A DNA stretch of 64,000 bases, from contig JAWBWS010000001.1 of NCBI GenBank assembly GCA_038999725.1, positions 160,001 through 224,000 of the forward strand, written 5' to 3'. Under the pieces are notes generated by a model that worked only from the letters and a program-made list of their open reading frames with translations, was not told the origin of the DNA and did not search any database. Source of the DNA: Candidatus Aenigmatarchaeota archaeon. GTDB lineage: Archaea > Aenigmatarchaeota > Aenigmatarchaeia > CG10238-14 > SCSR01. This document shows positions 39,561 to 49,216 of this stretch, in pieces. The translations under genes and the position numbers were made by a program. Numbering within the stretch: position 1 is the stretch's first letter; each line of letters starts with the position of its first letter.

Positions 39561-39959
39561 TTAAACTCTCCTTCCTCTCCTTCCTCCTTTTGGTCTCATA
39601 TACCCTGTTATTATAGGCGTGACATCTTCAATCATCCCAATTTTTAAACCAGCTCTTGCTAAAGCTCTTATAGCTGGTTGTGCTCCTTGACCAGGAGCTC
39701 TTGATTTCACCCCTCCTGGTCCCCTTACTCTTATATGCACACCCACTATCCCCTTTGCCAAAGCAACTTCAGCAGCTTTCTTTGCCGCTAACATTGCAGG
39801 AAAGGGCATCCCACCTTCCCTATCTTTATCAGTCATCATTCCAGCCGAATATCTTGCTATCGTTTCCCCACCGGTCAAATCTGTAATATGAACAATTGTA
39901 TTGTTTGGGGTTGAAAGTATGTGAGCAATGCCCCATTTTTCCACTTTTTTTTCACCCAT
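39561..39959 (-). CDS. rps11: 30S ribosomal protein S11
   Basis: [29 protein letters not shown] and GGRRGRRV motifs. Confidence 0.96.
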   Translation of the reverse strand: MGEKKVEKWGIAHILSTPNNTIVHITDLTGGETIARYSAGMMTDKDREGGMPFPAMLAAKKAAEVALAKGIVGVHIRVRGPGGVKSRAPGQGAQPAIRALARAGLKIGMIEDVTPIITGYMRPKGGRRGRRV

Positions 39960-39960
39960 T

Positions 39961-40410
39961 CTACCCAACCTCTATTTTATTTTCTTCATCTTTTGTTACC
40001 ATATAGCTTGGGTAAGTAATTTTTCTTCCATTGATTTTTACATGACCGTGTGTGATTAATTGTCTCGCGTGTTTAAGTGAGTTTGCCAAACCCATTCTAT
40101 AAATAATTGTTTGTAATCTTCTTTCAAGGATGTCCTCAACAGTCAAAGCAAGAACATCATCTAAGGCAGCACCTTCTTTCAAGATACCTATTTTTACCAA
40201 TTTTTCAATCAACATTTTTTCACTTTTTTCATCTTTTTTTGCAATTAAATCTCTTGCCATTCTTCTATATTTTCTCAGTACGGCTTCGGCTTTCCACAAT
40301 TCTCTTTTTCTTCTCAAACCAAAATTTTTCAATATTTCTTTTTCTTTTTCAATTCTTGTCTTATCCCAAGGCTTCCTCGGCTTTTCATATTTTTTTCTAG
40401 ATCTTTTCAT
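39961..40410 (-). CDS. rps4: 30S ribosomal protein S4
   Basis: [21 protein letters not shown] and ARQLITHGH motifs. Confidence 0.95.
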   Translation of the reverse strand: MKRSRKKYEKPRKPWDKTRIEKEKEILKNFGLRRKRELWKAEAVLRKYRRMARDLIAKKDEKSEKMLIEKLVKIGILKEGAALDDVLALTVEDILERRLQTIIYRMGLANSLKHARQLITHGHVKINGRKITYPSYMVTKDEENKIEVG

Positions 40411-40414
40411 AAAA

Positions 40415-40972
40415 TCACTTCTTTTCACTCTTAGCTTTTTCTTGAGCAACTCTTACAGCTTTTTTGACAACCCCAACAACCCTTCCCTTCCTGAAAGAGC
40501 TTCTTGTTCTTTGTCCTCTAACAGGCAAGCCAAGCATATGTCTAACTCCCTTGTAAGTTTTGAGATTAATTTGTTTTTGAATGTCAAACTTTTGTGCTAT
40601 TTCTAAATCTGCTCCAACTAGATGCAAGTTTGCTCCAGTTTCAGGTTCTCTTCTTCTATTCAAAAACCAAGAAGGTATTCCATATTTCGTTGGTTCCTTA
40701 ATTACAGCTTCGATTTTTTCTATGTCTTTTTCGCTTAAATCACCAAGCTTAATGTTTGGATCAAATCCACTTGCCAAACAAACGGCCTTGCTCATGGCAT
40801 GGCTTATACCCTTTATCCCCAGAAGAGCATTCTTAAGGGATTTTTCTCCATCAAGATCGGTGTTCATAACTCTCACAACAACTTTAACCCTTTTTTCTTC
40901 TGGCTTCTTTTCAACCTTCTCCTTTTTGGGTTTTTCAACCTTCTCCTCTACTTTTACTTTTGTAACCCCCAT
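40415..40972 (-). CDS. rps13: 30S ribosomal protein S13
   Basis: [13 protein letters not shown] and [17 protein letters not shown] motifs. Confidence 0.96.
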   Translation of the reverse strand: MGVTKVKVEEKVEKPKKEKVEKKPEEKRVKVVVRVMNTDLDGEKSLKNALLGIKGISHAMSKAVCLASGFDPNIKLGDLSEKDIEKIEAVIKEPTKYGIPSWFLNRRREPETGANLHLVGADLEIAQKFDIQKQINLKTYKGVRHMLGLPVRGQRTRSSFRKGRVVGVVKKAVRVAQEKAKSEKK

Positions 40973-41014
40973 AAACTCACTATAACAATTAATTCATCTT
41001 CTTAAATTTTTAAA

Positions 41015-41112
41015 TGGACCGGCCGGGATTCGAACCCGGAGCCTCTTCATAGCAGTTAAACTCATGCCTTTTCCACAATTAAGGAAGCGATCTACCATTG
41101 ATCTACCGGCCC
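41015..41112 (-). tRNA. tRNA-Ala(GGC) with two non-canonical introns (33/34: 41069-41080; 39/40: 41049-41062)
   Basis: Acceptor GGGCCGG/CCGGTCC with G3:U70; removing both inserts gives CTTCC-TT-GGC-AT-GGAAG; both inserts fit bulge-helix-bulge geometry. Confidence 0.88.
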
Positions 41113-41276
41113 ACTATTTTCTTTTTTTTAACCCATTTCACCTTTCTTGGGTTCCTTCCCATCATAAAATTTTTTTCACATTTTGAACTACAAAAATAAA
41201 ATATTTCACCACTCACCTTCACAAACATTTTTCCCCTACTTTCTACAAAATTTTCACCACAAAAAGAACACTTCAG
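41103..41276 (-). CDS. rpl24e: 50S ribosomal protein L24e
   Basis: Manual translation (L)KCSFCG...GKMFV...[10 protein letters not shown]...[11 protein letters not shown] start after AGGTGA; L7Ae-S28e-L24e synteny; not in the ORF track. Confidence 0.92.
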   Translation of the reverse strand: MKCSFCGENFVESRGKMFVKVSGEIFYFCSSKCEKNFMMGRNPRKVKWVKKKKIVGR

Positions 41277-41281
41277 TCAAA

Positions 41282-41491
41282 TCACCTTTCCACCAACTTT
41301 GCCGCTGTTTCCATTTCAGTCTCTCTTAACATCAATATATCACCAACTCTCACAGGTCCTATTACATTTCTTGTCAATATCTTTCCCTTATCCGGACCTT
41401 CTAAAACTTTACACCTTACTTGCATAACACCACGGGCACCACTTCTTCCTAACAATTGCAGAACTTCAGCAGGATAAGACTTTTCAGTCAT
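41282..41491 (-). CDS. rps28e: 30S ribosomal protein S28e
   Basis: PAEV...GRSG...[18 protein letters not shown]. Confidence 0.96.
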   Translation of the reverse strand: MTEKSYPAEVLQLLGRSGARGVMQVRCKVLEGPDKGKILTRNVIGPVRVGDILMLRETEMETAAKLVER

Positions 41492-41495
41492 TTTA

Positions 41496-41864
41496 TCACT
41501 TTTTAAGAGCTTCTATTTTTTCTATGATTTCTTTCAGAGCTTCTTTAGAATCTCCAGGTTCAACTATACAAGCAGCAGAACATGCAACATCTATCCCAAC
41601 AGCTCTTCCAAGTTCTTGTTTACTAGTAACATACCCATATGGGATTTTCTTTTCCTCGCAAAGAACAGGCAGATGCATTACTATCTCTTCCGGTTCTACA
41701 TCTTCCGCTATTGCAACAAACTTTGCAATTCCTCTTTCTACAGCTTTCGTTGTCTCATTCATACCCTTCTTAATCTTGCCACTATTCTTTGCTGTTTCAA
41801 TAGTTTGTAATATCCTTGTTTTCAAATCTTTCGGCAATTCAAACTTCACATAAGCTTTCCCCAC
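41496..41864 (-). CDS. rpl7ae: Ribosomal protein L7Ae (K-turn binding)
   Basis: [23 protein letters not shown] and LGRAVG motifs. Confidence 0.97.
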   Translation of the reverse strand: MGKAYVKFELPKDLKTRILQTIETAKNSGKIKKGMNETTKAVERGIAKFVAIAEDVEPEEIVMHLPVLCEEKKIPYGYVTSKQELGRAVGIDVACSAACIVEPGDSKEALKEIIEKIEALKK

Positions 41865-41886
41865 GCTCTCACCCTTACTTATATCT

Positions 41887-43551
41887 TTATTTGTGTGTGT
41901 AATATAAAGTTATATCTTTATATTTCTTTTCTATTCTTGCAAATCCAATCCTAGGCATTTGGATTATTTGATTTTCTTCAACTCTTTTTATTTCAGGCTC
42001 ACCTACAGCTTTAACAATTTTACCGTTTGGCATCACAATCTTTATTTTTAAATTTGGCTCAGAGCACCAATGAATCTTTGGCGTGTCTAGGGAAATCTCA
42101 CTGGACACAAATGTAGTTTTTGGACCAATTTTTACTGTCGCAAGGTACATCAACCCAACTTCCTTATTTTTGAATTTTTTGTAATCCTCTTTTTCAATCC
42201 AAATTTTTTTCCAATCTACCATGATTCTTTTATATCCTCTTTCAGGGAAATCGGGATGTAAATTTATTTTCACTTCTTTTATCTCAGGTGCATTTACCAC
42301 ATTCAATTTTATCGGATTCAGAACAACCATATACCTATTTGCTATTCGGTCGACAACTTTTCTATTCTCGGCTTCCAAAACATCCCACGTTACTACACCT
42401 TCAGCTTTTGATAAACCAGTTAATAAAATGAAATTTTTTATAGCCTCTGGAGCAAACCCCCTCTTTTTAAGGGCTATAAGTGTAGTAAGCCTTGGGTCGT
42501 CCCAACCAAGCAATTCCCCCTTTTTTATCATTTCACGAATTACCCTTCCCGATGTGGGCACACCTTTTAAATTAAGCCTACCAAATTCAATTGTTTTTGT
42601 GAGTTTAAAACCAAATAAATTTTGGATGTAAGTTTGTAACTCTTTTCTTATTTCAAATTCTTTGCTCCTTAGTCTATGTGTTACACCTTCCCAACCATCC
42701 ATCATTGCAGTCCCGAAATCGTAAGTGGGCCAAACACGATATTTCATTTCTGTTCTTGGGTGAGGGTGTTCAACAATCCTCATTATAGAAGGATCCCTCA
42801 TCGTGGTGTTTACATGCTTCATATCAATTTTAAGTCTTACAACAGCTTCACCCTCTCCAAACTCTTTTTTCATTTTTTTCCATAATTCAAGATTTTCACT
42901 CACATTTTGCATTCTATGTTTACATTCTTTTCCAGAAGCTCTATTTTTTCTCATAGTTTCGACTTTACACAAGCAAATATAAGCCTTGTTTTCAGAGATT
43001 AGCTTTTCGACCGCCTCATAAAAATTTTCCATATGGTCAGAAGAATAATCCAATTTATCCCATTCAATTCCAAGCCACTTCATCCCTTCAATTATAGCTT
43101 CATAATATTCTTCTTTAACCATTTTAGGGTTAGTATCTTCAAATCTTAAAATAAATCTTCCTCCATATTTCTTTGCATAGAGAAAGTTAAGGAAAGCAGC
43201 CTTTGCATGTCCAATATGTGGATATTTACTTGGCTCCGGTGGAAATGCTGTTACAACTCTACCGAATTCTGCATTAGGAAGTTCAGGCAATTCAAACTTC
43301 TTAGCTTCCTTTTTTTCAATTTTCACACCCAATTCTTCTAGCCTTTTCTTCTGTTCTTCTAGAGATAATGAATTAACCTCCTCTACAACTTTTTTAACCT
43401 CCTCTATCACTTCTCTTATATTACTTTTTGCTTCAGACCTCTCGGCTACAACCTTTTTAACAACTGCTTGAACATCTGCTTTACCGCCATGCTCAATTGC
43501 ATTTATCAAAGCATGTTTAAGCACTATTTCTTTCATATTTACCAATTTCAA
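41887..43551 (-). CDS. gltX: Glutamate--tRNA ligase
   Basis: [26 protein letters not shown] and GWDDPRL motifs. Confidence 0.95.
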   Translation of the reverse strand: MKLVNMKEIVLKHALINAIEHGGKADVQAVVKKVVAERSEAKSNIREVIEEVKKVVEEVNSLSLEEQKKRLEELGVKIEKKEAKKFELPELPNAEFGRVVTAFPPEPSKYPHIGHAKAAFLNFLYAKKYGGRFILRFEDTNPKMVKEEYYEAIIEGMKWLGIEWDKLDYSSDHMENFYEAVEKLISENKAYICLCKVETMRKNRASGKECKHRMQNVSENLELWKKMKKEFGEGEAVVRLKIDMKHVNTTMRDPSIMRIVEHPHPRTEMKYRVWPTYDFGTAMMDGWEGVTHRLRSKEFEIRKELQTYIQNLFGFKLTKTIEFGRLNLKGVPTSGRVIREMIKKGELLGWDDPRLTTLIALKKRGFAPEAIKNFILLTGLSKAEGVVTWDVLEAENRKVVDRIANRYMVVLNPIKLNVVNAPEIKEVKINLHPDFPERGYKRIMVDWKKIWIEKEDYKKFKNKEVGLMYLATVKIGPKTTFVSSEISLDTPKIHWCSEPNLKIKIVMPNGKIVKAVGEPEIKRVEENQIIQMPRIGFARIEKKYKDITLYYTHK

Positions 43552-43558
43552 TCAAAGA

Positions 43559-44407
43559 TTAATAAATCATCACAGACGCATATCCGACAACAGAGTCGAA
43601 TTCTCCAGTAATATCACCGGAAGTAGCATATTTAAGTAATTCTCCCTTTTTTGCTCCAAGTTCTTTTGCCGCAACTATAGTAGAAGCTATTCCACCAAAT
43701 CCACAAACACTCGCGTTTTTCTCTAAAATTTTTTCAAAGAATTTCTTTTCATTCAATTTTTCAATTTCTTCAATTAAACTCAAATCTATTCTTTTTGCTA
43801 CTTTTTGTGGAACATAGTGTGAAAAATCAGAGCTGGCAAGAATTATCCATTTCCCCTTCTCCTTCTTTATCACATTTGCAACAGCTTTTCCTACCGTTTT
43901 ACAATCTTCCAAAAAGACTTCATCTGCAAATTCATTTAAAATTGCAATTGGAACAAACTTAAAATCATTACCATACCTGTATTGTAAAAATGGAAGTTGA
44001 ACTTCTATCGAATGCTCATGTTGATGGGCCATGACATCATGTTCAACAATTTTACACTCTTTTAAAATTTTTTCAGCGATTTCATCATGAATGGCAACTT
44101 CACCAAGAGGAGTTTTCCACAAACCAATTTTCATCAAAGCAAATTTGGCTCCAATTCCAGTATGATTTGGTCCAAAAATGATATAGTTCGCTTTTTCTAT
44201 TCTTGAATAAATCCATGCTGCTATTGGTCCAGAATAAATATAACCTGCATGCGGTACAACTGCAGCAAGAAAATTTTGCTTTTTAAATCCTCTTGGCCCC
44301 AGTCTATGAGAGAAGGAATCAGAAATCTCTCTCTTCAAATTTGCAGCATCATAACTATAAAATGTTCCAGCTGCTGCAGGCTCTCTGATGGGTATCATGG
44401 TCATCAA
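43559..44407 (-). CDS. MEMO1 family protein (AmmeMemoRadiSam protein B)
   Basis: PHAGYIYSG, GPNH, EHSIEVQLPFLQ, SSDFSHY and VVGY motifs. Confidence 0.92.
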   Translation of the reverse strand: MMTMIPIREPAAAGTFYSYDAANLKREISDSFSHRLGPRGFKKQNFLAAVVPHAGYIYSGPIAAWIYSRIEKANYIIFGPNHTGIGAKFALMKIGLWKTPLGEVAIHDEIAEKILKECKIVEHDVMAHQHEHSIEVQLPFLQYRYGNDFKFVPIAILNEFADEVFLEDCKTVGKAVANVIKKEKGKWIILASSDFSHYVPQKVAKRIDLSLIEEIEKLNEKKFFEKILEKNASVCGFGGIASTIVAAKELGAKKGELLKYATSGDITGEFDSVVGYASVMIY

Positions 44408-44520
44408 ATTATTGGTTTTACTGCTTAATTAACTTTTCATCTTCATAAGTTTTGGAAAAATTGTTTTTAGAAATTTGTTTTAAAGCATAAATATTAGAAA
44501 AAAATATATTTTTTCAGAGT

Positions 44521-44823
44521 GTGAAACACATTATGAAGGAAAAATCACTTTTCATGTTGTTTTTGAGGCAAAAACCAGTCAAACTTCTGACTAGCTTAAG
44601 AAATGAACCAAAGTATGCTACTGTTTTATCAAAGGAAGTCGATCTCACTTATTCTCATACGGTCAAGCTTCTAGATCAATTCAAAAATTTTGGTCTTGTA
44701 GATTTCGAAAAAAAAGGAAGGATTAAGATAGTCAAGCTAACAGAATCAGGAGCAGATGTCGCAAAAGCTTTTGATGTAGTTCTGGGCAAGCTCTCTAAGA
44801 TAAGATCAGTGGAGAAAAAATAA
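44521..44823 (+). CDS. Winged-helix transcriptional regulator
   Basis: YATVLSKEVDLTYSHTVKLL...KKGRIKIVKLTESG. Confidence 0.8.
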   Translation: MKHIMKEKSLFMLFLRQKPVKLLTSLRNEPKYATVLSKEVDLTYSHTVKLLDQFKNFGLVDFEKKGRIKIVKLTESGADVAKAFDVVLGKLSKIRSVEKK

Positions 44824-44826
44824 AAA

Positions 44827-45660
44827 TCACAATTCATCCAAAGGGCTTTTAATTTTCTTCAACTCCTCTCTTGAAATGTGAGTATAGATTTGAGTGGTAT
44901 TAAGGGAGGAGTGCCCCAACAATTCTTGTATCTTTCTTATATTTTCTCCAGCTTCAAGCAAGTGGGTAGCAAAGGAGTGTCTAAATGTATGTGGACTAAT
45001 TTTTTTATTTATATTGGCTTTTTTAATAGCACTCGCAACAATTTTTTGTATAGTTCTAGGGGAAATCTTTCCCTTTCTACCCTTAAAAACATACTCTTCA
45101 AGGCTTCTACCCTCAAGAAAACCTTTAATTTTTTCAACCACTCTTTCAGAAAGGATGAACATCCTATCTTTCTCCCCCTTCCCCGTTCTTACCCATCCAA
45201 TTCTCTCTTCCAATTCCAAATCCCCAACTCTTAAATTGATTAGTTCGCTTAATCTTAATCCAGAAGAATAGAGCATCATCACAATCAACTTATGCTTTTC
45301 ATTTTCAATTGAATCAATTATTTTTTTTACCTCTTCTCTTGTTAAAACTGTGGGGAGTTTCTTCGGAACTTTCGGAGATTTGAAGTTAACAATACCTTTT
45401 TTGAGGACTTCATCATAAAAAAACTTTAGCGCAGCTTTTATCAAAACTATGGACTTAGGGGAGACACCTTCCTCCATTTTTTTCGCAATAAAAGCTTTTA
45501 TGTCATCCTCATTTACATCTTCAGGATTCTTTTTTATAAATTCTAGAAATTTTTGGTTGTAGAATAAATACATCTTTAAAGTCCTCTCGGAAAACCCTCT
45601 AAGTTTAATTTCATTTTCTAGTTTTTGTAGAGCATCCATAATAAATTCATATGGAGTCAA
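44827..45660 (-). CDS. xerA: XerA-like tyrosine recombinase
   Basis: Catalytic set intact: GLRLSE, GKG.K, HTFRHSFATH, LGH...TTQIY. Confidence 0.9.
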   Translation of the reverse strand: MTPYEFIMDALQKLENEIKLRGFSERTLKMYLFYNQKFLEFIKKNPEDVNEDDIKAFIAKKMEEGVSPKSIVLIKAALKFFYDEVLKKGIVNFKSPKVPKKLPTVLTREEVKKIIDSIENEKHKLIVMMLYSSGLRLSELINLRVGDLELEERIGWVRTGKGEKDRMFILSERVVEKIKGFLEGRSLEEYVFKGRKGKISPRTIQKIVASAIKKANINKKISPHTFRHSFATHLLEAGENIRKIQELLGHSSLNTTQIYTHISREELKKIKSPLDEL

Positions 45661-45694
45661 AATATTTAATTTTCCTAAAAACTAAAATAGAAAA

Positions 45695-46900
45695 ATGAAC
45701 ATTTTAATCGAAAGGTTTAACTCCATACCATTATTTGAGCAAAAGACGGAGATAGTGGAGAGGAAGGGACTAGGTCACCCTGATTTCATTTGTGATTCTA
45801 TAGTTGATAGGATTTCTGTAGCTTTAAGTAAAGAATATCTCAAAAGATTTGGTCAAATTTTACATCACAATATAGATAAGGCTCTACTTGCAGCAGGAGA
45901 GGCAGAAAACAAGTTCGGCGGTGGTAAAATTCTTAAACCCATGAAGCTGATTATCGGTGACAGGGCAACCTATTTTGTTGGTGCCGAAGAAATTGATGTG
46001 AGCTCAATTGCGATAAAAACTGCAAAAAACTGGATAAAAGAAAATCTGAGATTCCTTGATGCCGAAAAACATGTAGAATATCAGGTAGAGTTGAAGCAAG
46101 TTTCTGCAGCTTTGGCTGAAATTTTCAAAAAGAAGGATGAAATCCTTGGTGCAAATGATACTTCTGCTGTCGTTGGTTATGCTCCTTTAACACCAACAGA
46201 AAGAATTGTTCTAGAAACTGAAAAATTCCTAAATTCAAAGGAATTCAAGAAAAGATATCCAGAGTCAGGAGAAGACATCAAAGTTATGGGTTTGAGAGTC
46301 AACAACAATCTAGATCTTACAATAGCCATGGCTTTTATCGATCGTTTCATCGACTCAGAAGACACTTACTTCAAAAGAAAGGAGGAAATTTTAGAGGAGA
46401 TTAAACAATTTCTAAAAGAAAAAACTGACTTTAATATAAAAGGAATTAAACTCAATACTCTAGACGAAAGAGGTAAGGGTGAAGCCGGTTTATTCTTAAC
46501 CACAACAGGTACTTGTGCCGAAGCTGCAGATTCAGGACAAGTTGGAAGGGGCAATAGGGTCAATGGAGTAATTTCTTTGAATAGACCAGCTGGAAATGAA
46601 GCCGGCCCAGGAAAAAATCCTGTAAGCCATGTAGGCAAAATCTACAACCTGCTTAGTCATGATATTGCAAACGAGATTTTTTCAAAAGTTAATGGGGTGA
46701 AAGAAGTTTATGTTTGGCTGTTAAGTGAGATAGGAAGGCCAATCAATGACCCAAAAATCGTGATAGTTCAATATATACCAGAAACTGAAAACAATCTTCA
46801 GAGAATACAGAAAGAAGCTGAAGAAATTGTTCAGAGCAGACTGGAGAACATTCAAAGCTTTTGTAAACTTTTGGCAGAGGGGAAGCTTAGCGTCTGTTAA
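45695..46900 (+). CDS. mat: Archaeal-type S-adenosylmethionine synthetase
   Basis: ERKGLGHPD, ANDTS, GEDIKVMG and GKNPVSHVGKIYN motifs. Confidence 0.96.
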   Translation: MNILIERFNSIPLFEQKTEIVERKGLGHPDFICDSIVDRISVALSKEYLKRFGQILHHNIDKALLAAGEAENKFGGGKILKPMKLIIGDRATYFVGAEEIDVSSIAIKTAKNWIKENLRFLDAEKHVEYQVELKQVSAALAEIFKKKDEILGANDTSAVVGYAPLTPTERIVLETEKFLNSKEFKKRYPESGEDIKVMGLRVNNNLDLTIAMAFIDRFIDSEDTYFKRKEEILEEIKQFLKEKTDFNIKGIKLNTLDERGKGEAGLFLTTTGTCAEAADSGQVGRGNRVNGVISLNRPAGNEAGPGKNPVSHVGKIYNLLSHDIANEIFSKVNGVKEVYVWLLSEIGRPINDPKIVIVQYIPETENNLQRIQKEAEEIVQSRLENIQSFCKLLAEGKLSVC

Positions 46901-46923
46901 AAATCAATTTTTTACTCTAAATT

Positions 46924-46951
46924 TATTCGTATAACGATTCTTATACGTAAA
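46924..46951. other. Putative dif site (Xer recombination site)
   Basis: TATTCGTATAA-CGATTC-TTATACGTAAA: 11-6-11 imperfect inverted repeat (9/11) with ATAA-N6-TTAT core, about 1.3 kb from xerA. Confidence 0.75.
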
Positions 46952-47187
46952 AAAGGTGTTTTTAAGTGTTAAATGCGCCACTTCTTTAAAAAGATTGAGT
47001 AATTTTTTGATTGAATTTTGAGTTTTAAAGGTTTTATTTATAAAAACAAATTAAAGAAGGAAAGAAAAACGAAGAAATCAATACAAAGAGAGGCAAAAAA
47101 CAGTTCTAATCAAATAGATTAAGTTTTTCAATCTATTTTTAATTAAGAATGCGCCAAAAATAGCAAAAAACAAAAAATTAGAGCTGT

Positions 47188-47249
47188 AAATTATAATTTA
47201 AACAAAAATAACCAGTTTTTTATTAAAAATCTTGTTTAAATTATAATTT
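47188..47249. repeat. Perfect 18-bp inverted repeat
   Basis: AAATTATAATTTAAACAA (47188-47205) and TTGTTTAAATTATAATTT (47232-47249). Confidence 0.85.
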
Positions 47250-47670
47250 CAAGTAAAAAGCAAAACTAAATTTGGTCTAAATAAAATGCGCCAAATAATT
47301 TAAATAAACTGAGCAATTTGTTTAAAGTGAGAGTATGAAAAGTAAAATATACTTTATTTTAGATATTTTTTAAAATATATTAATGTGTATACAGATGATA
47401 AATGAAATATATTTTGAAAAAGATGTTATAAAAAAGATGTCATAAAAAATATATATAAACAGAGAAATTTTTTTCAAAAGAAAATGTGAGAGTTTACCTT
47501 TTTCTATCTATAGTGAAATATATTTTAGAAAAAATATATTTTTTAACAAGCTTTACAAAAGAATCGTTTCTGTTAGAAAAAGTGAGAGTTGGTTGGGAAA
47601 AGGTTTCTTCGTTAAAAGTGAGAAAAGCTTAAAAGTAAGAGTTAAATATTCTGAAAAACAATATAAATTT

Positions 47671-48357
47671 ATGTGGATTTTTGATCGTTTATTCAACATC
47701 TTTAGAAAAAAAGCGCCGCTTCAATCAGAATCAATCAATCACTCAATCAATCACTCAATCAATCACTCAATCAATCACTCAAAAGAAAGTTCGTCTATTG
47801 AATTACAGAAAGAATCTTTACAACTTGGTTTAGCAGCTGGTTATACGGGAAGATTGCTTAAGGAAATAGAATCCTCTTTAGTTCGTATAGAATCACAAAT
47901 GAGTTCTAAGGAATGGTTTATTGCCCAATTTGGTGATATAAAAAAGGTAGTTGAGCTTTTGGAGTCCATAAGAGATATATTAAAAACCCATGATGAACTT
48001 ACTATGAGACATTTTGAGATGATAGAAGACGCCCTTTTCTCCCTTCAAGGTGTTGCAAGGAAGGCACCAGAGCCAATAAGAAGAGAAATACTTACCCACA
48101 TCAATTATATAGAATCTCACCTACCACTTACCCCCAAAATGAAGCAGCTGGAGGAGATAGTAAGGGAGATGGGTGAAATAAGCTATACAGACCTTGCAAA
48201 TAGACTGGGAATAACAGAATCTGCACTTAGAGGATTTTTAACCCAATGTATAAGAAGGGGGGTAAAAATCCAAAGATTTGAAAAAATGGGTAAAGGTTGG
48301 GTAAGATTCATTGAAAAGTCCGCCCAAATCAATCAATCACTCACTCAATCAGGCTGA
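47671..48357 (+). CDS. Helical protein with C-terminal wHTH
   Basis: C-terminal EISYTDLANRLGITESALRGFL; ATG at 47671 judged more likely than TTG at 47593. Confidence 0.7.
   Translation: MWIFDRLFNIFRKKAPLQSESINHSINHSINHSINHSKESSSIELQKESLQLGLAAGYTGRLLKEIESSLVRIESQMSSKEWFIAQFGDIKKVVELLESIRDILKTHDELTMRHFEMIEDALFSLQGVARKAPEPIRREILTHINYIESHLPLTPKMKQLEEIVREMGEISYTDLANRLGITESALRGFLTQCIRRGVKIQRFEKMGKGWVRFIEKSAQINQSLTQSG
47731..47782 (+). repeat. 12-bp tandem repeat (TCAATCAATCAC)x4
   Basis: Four perfect units plus TCAA; another copy at 48329-48340. Confidence 0.95.
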
Positions 48358-48596
48358 TTTACCTCTTTTTGCTAGATTTGTCATTTCCATTCCAAGGAGC
48401 ATGGCAAATAGGGCAAAAACTTATTTGTTCATCTATACCCAACCTTATCAAAGAATGGCAATTTTCACAAGGTACATTTACCTTATACGAATATTGATTG
48501 ACTATCTTGCCCAAATCGACACCGATATTTTAATATATAGTTTTCAAACTATTTAAAGCCAATACTCAGGCCTATCCTTCATAAAGTAGGTTAGAA

Positions 48597-48884
48597 TTAC
48601 TTAATGTTTTCCAGTTTTTCCCTCACAGCCAAGTACCTGAAAATACCATTTATATCCGTTCCCGGTTTAAGTCTAACCATTTTAATATTGAAAGGTTCCA
48701 TGGTTTGTATCTCAAGAAACATCTGAAGATGATTTTCAATAAGACGAGATACGGTTTTATGATGCAATTCCGTTCTTCTACTGATTTCTCTATACCAAAG
48801 CCAGCCTTCTTCTGCCTCCTTAAGGCAATTAATGATTTTAACTATGTTTTTAGCCAAATCTCTTCTCATAATACCTTTCCCCAA
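48597..48884 (-). CDS. Small HTH protein
   Basis: LWYREISRRTELHHKTVSRLI. Confidence 0.7.
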   Translation of the reverse strand: MGKGIMRRDLAKNIVKIINCLKEAEEGWLWYREISRRTELHHKTVSRLIENHLQMFLEIQTMEPFNIKMVRLKPGTDINGIFRYLAVREKLENIK

Positions 48885-49020
48885 AGTTATATAGGAACAC
48901 CTGGCGCACTTTCATAAATTAGTTTTGTTTTTCCTATTTAAATGGATTAAATCTCAAATCTCAAATTTCAGATTCATCTTCTCTTTTTCCACACCCACCA
49001 ATATAATTGTGTTCTTAACT

Positions 49021-49212
49021 TCATTTTTTTCTTTTTACCATTGGAAGAGAGGTTTTTGGGTTTTCAAAAACTTCGAACCCTTCTGGTAAATCTATTGCTC
49101 CCGATGGGTTTTTGGAAAAGAAAAACAGTATTGCACCCCCCTTACCCTCTCTACAATGAAGGTAATAAATCTGGCCCTTGCTATTGGTAAAGCTGAAGCC
49201 CATTGTTATCAC
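49021..49212 (-). CDS. Small hypothetical protein
   Basis: NSKGQIYYLH...FFFSK...DLPEGFEVFENPKTSLPMVK; directly downstream of map on the same strand. Confidence 0.65.
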   Translation of the reverse strand: MITMGFSFTNSKGQIYYLHCREGKGGAILFFFSKNPSGAIDLPEGFEVFENPKTSLPMVKRKK

Positions 49213-49216
49213 TTCA

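Noticed and set aside
41015..41112. Single-intron tRNA-Ala(TGC) reading
   Set aside because: It would give a C31-U39 mismatch and a pyrimidine at position 37; the two-intron GGC model gives perfect stems and two BHB motifs
44827..45660. Integrase of a provirus or mobile element
   Set aside because: Short XerA-type protein among housekeeping genes; no att repeats or viral genes; a dif-like site nearby explains it
47731..47782. Possible CRISPR array
   Set aside because: Contiguous 12-bp tandem units with no spacers; no cas genes in the window
48311..48556. 81-aa plus-strand ORF
   Set aside because: Overlaps the upstream gene end and repeat, has a TTG start, and has no recognisable features
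48949..48975. AAATCTC-like 7-bp tandem repeat
   Set aside because: Only two perfect copies in AT-rich DNA; compatible with chance
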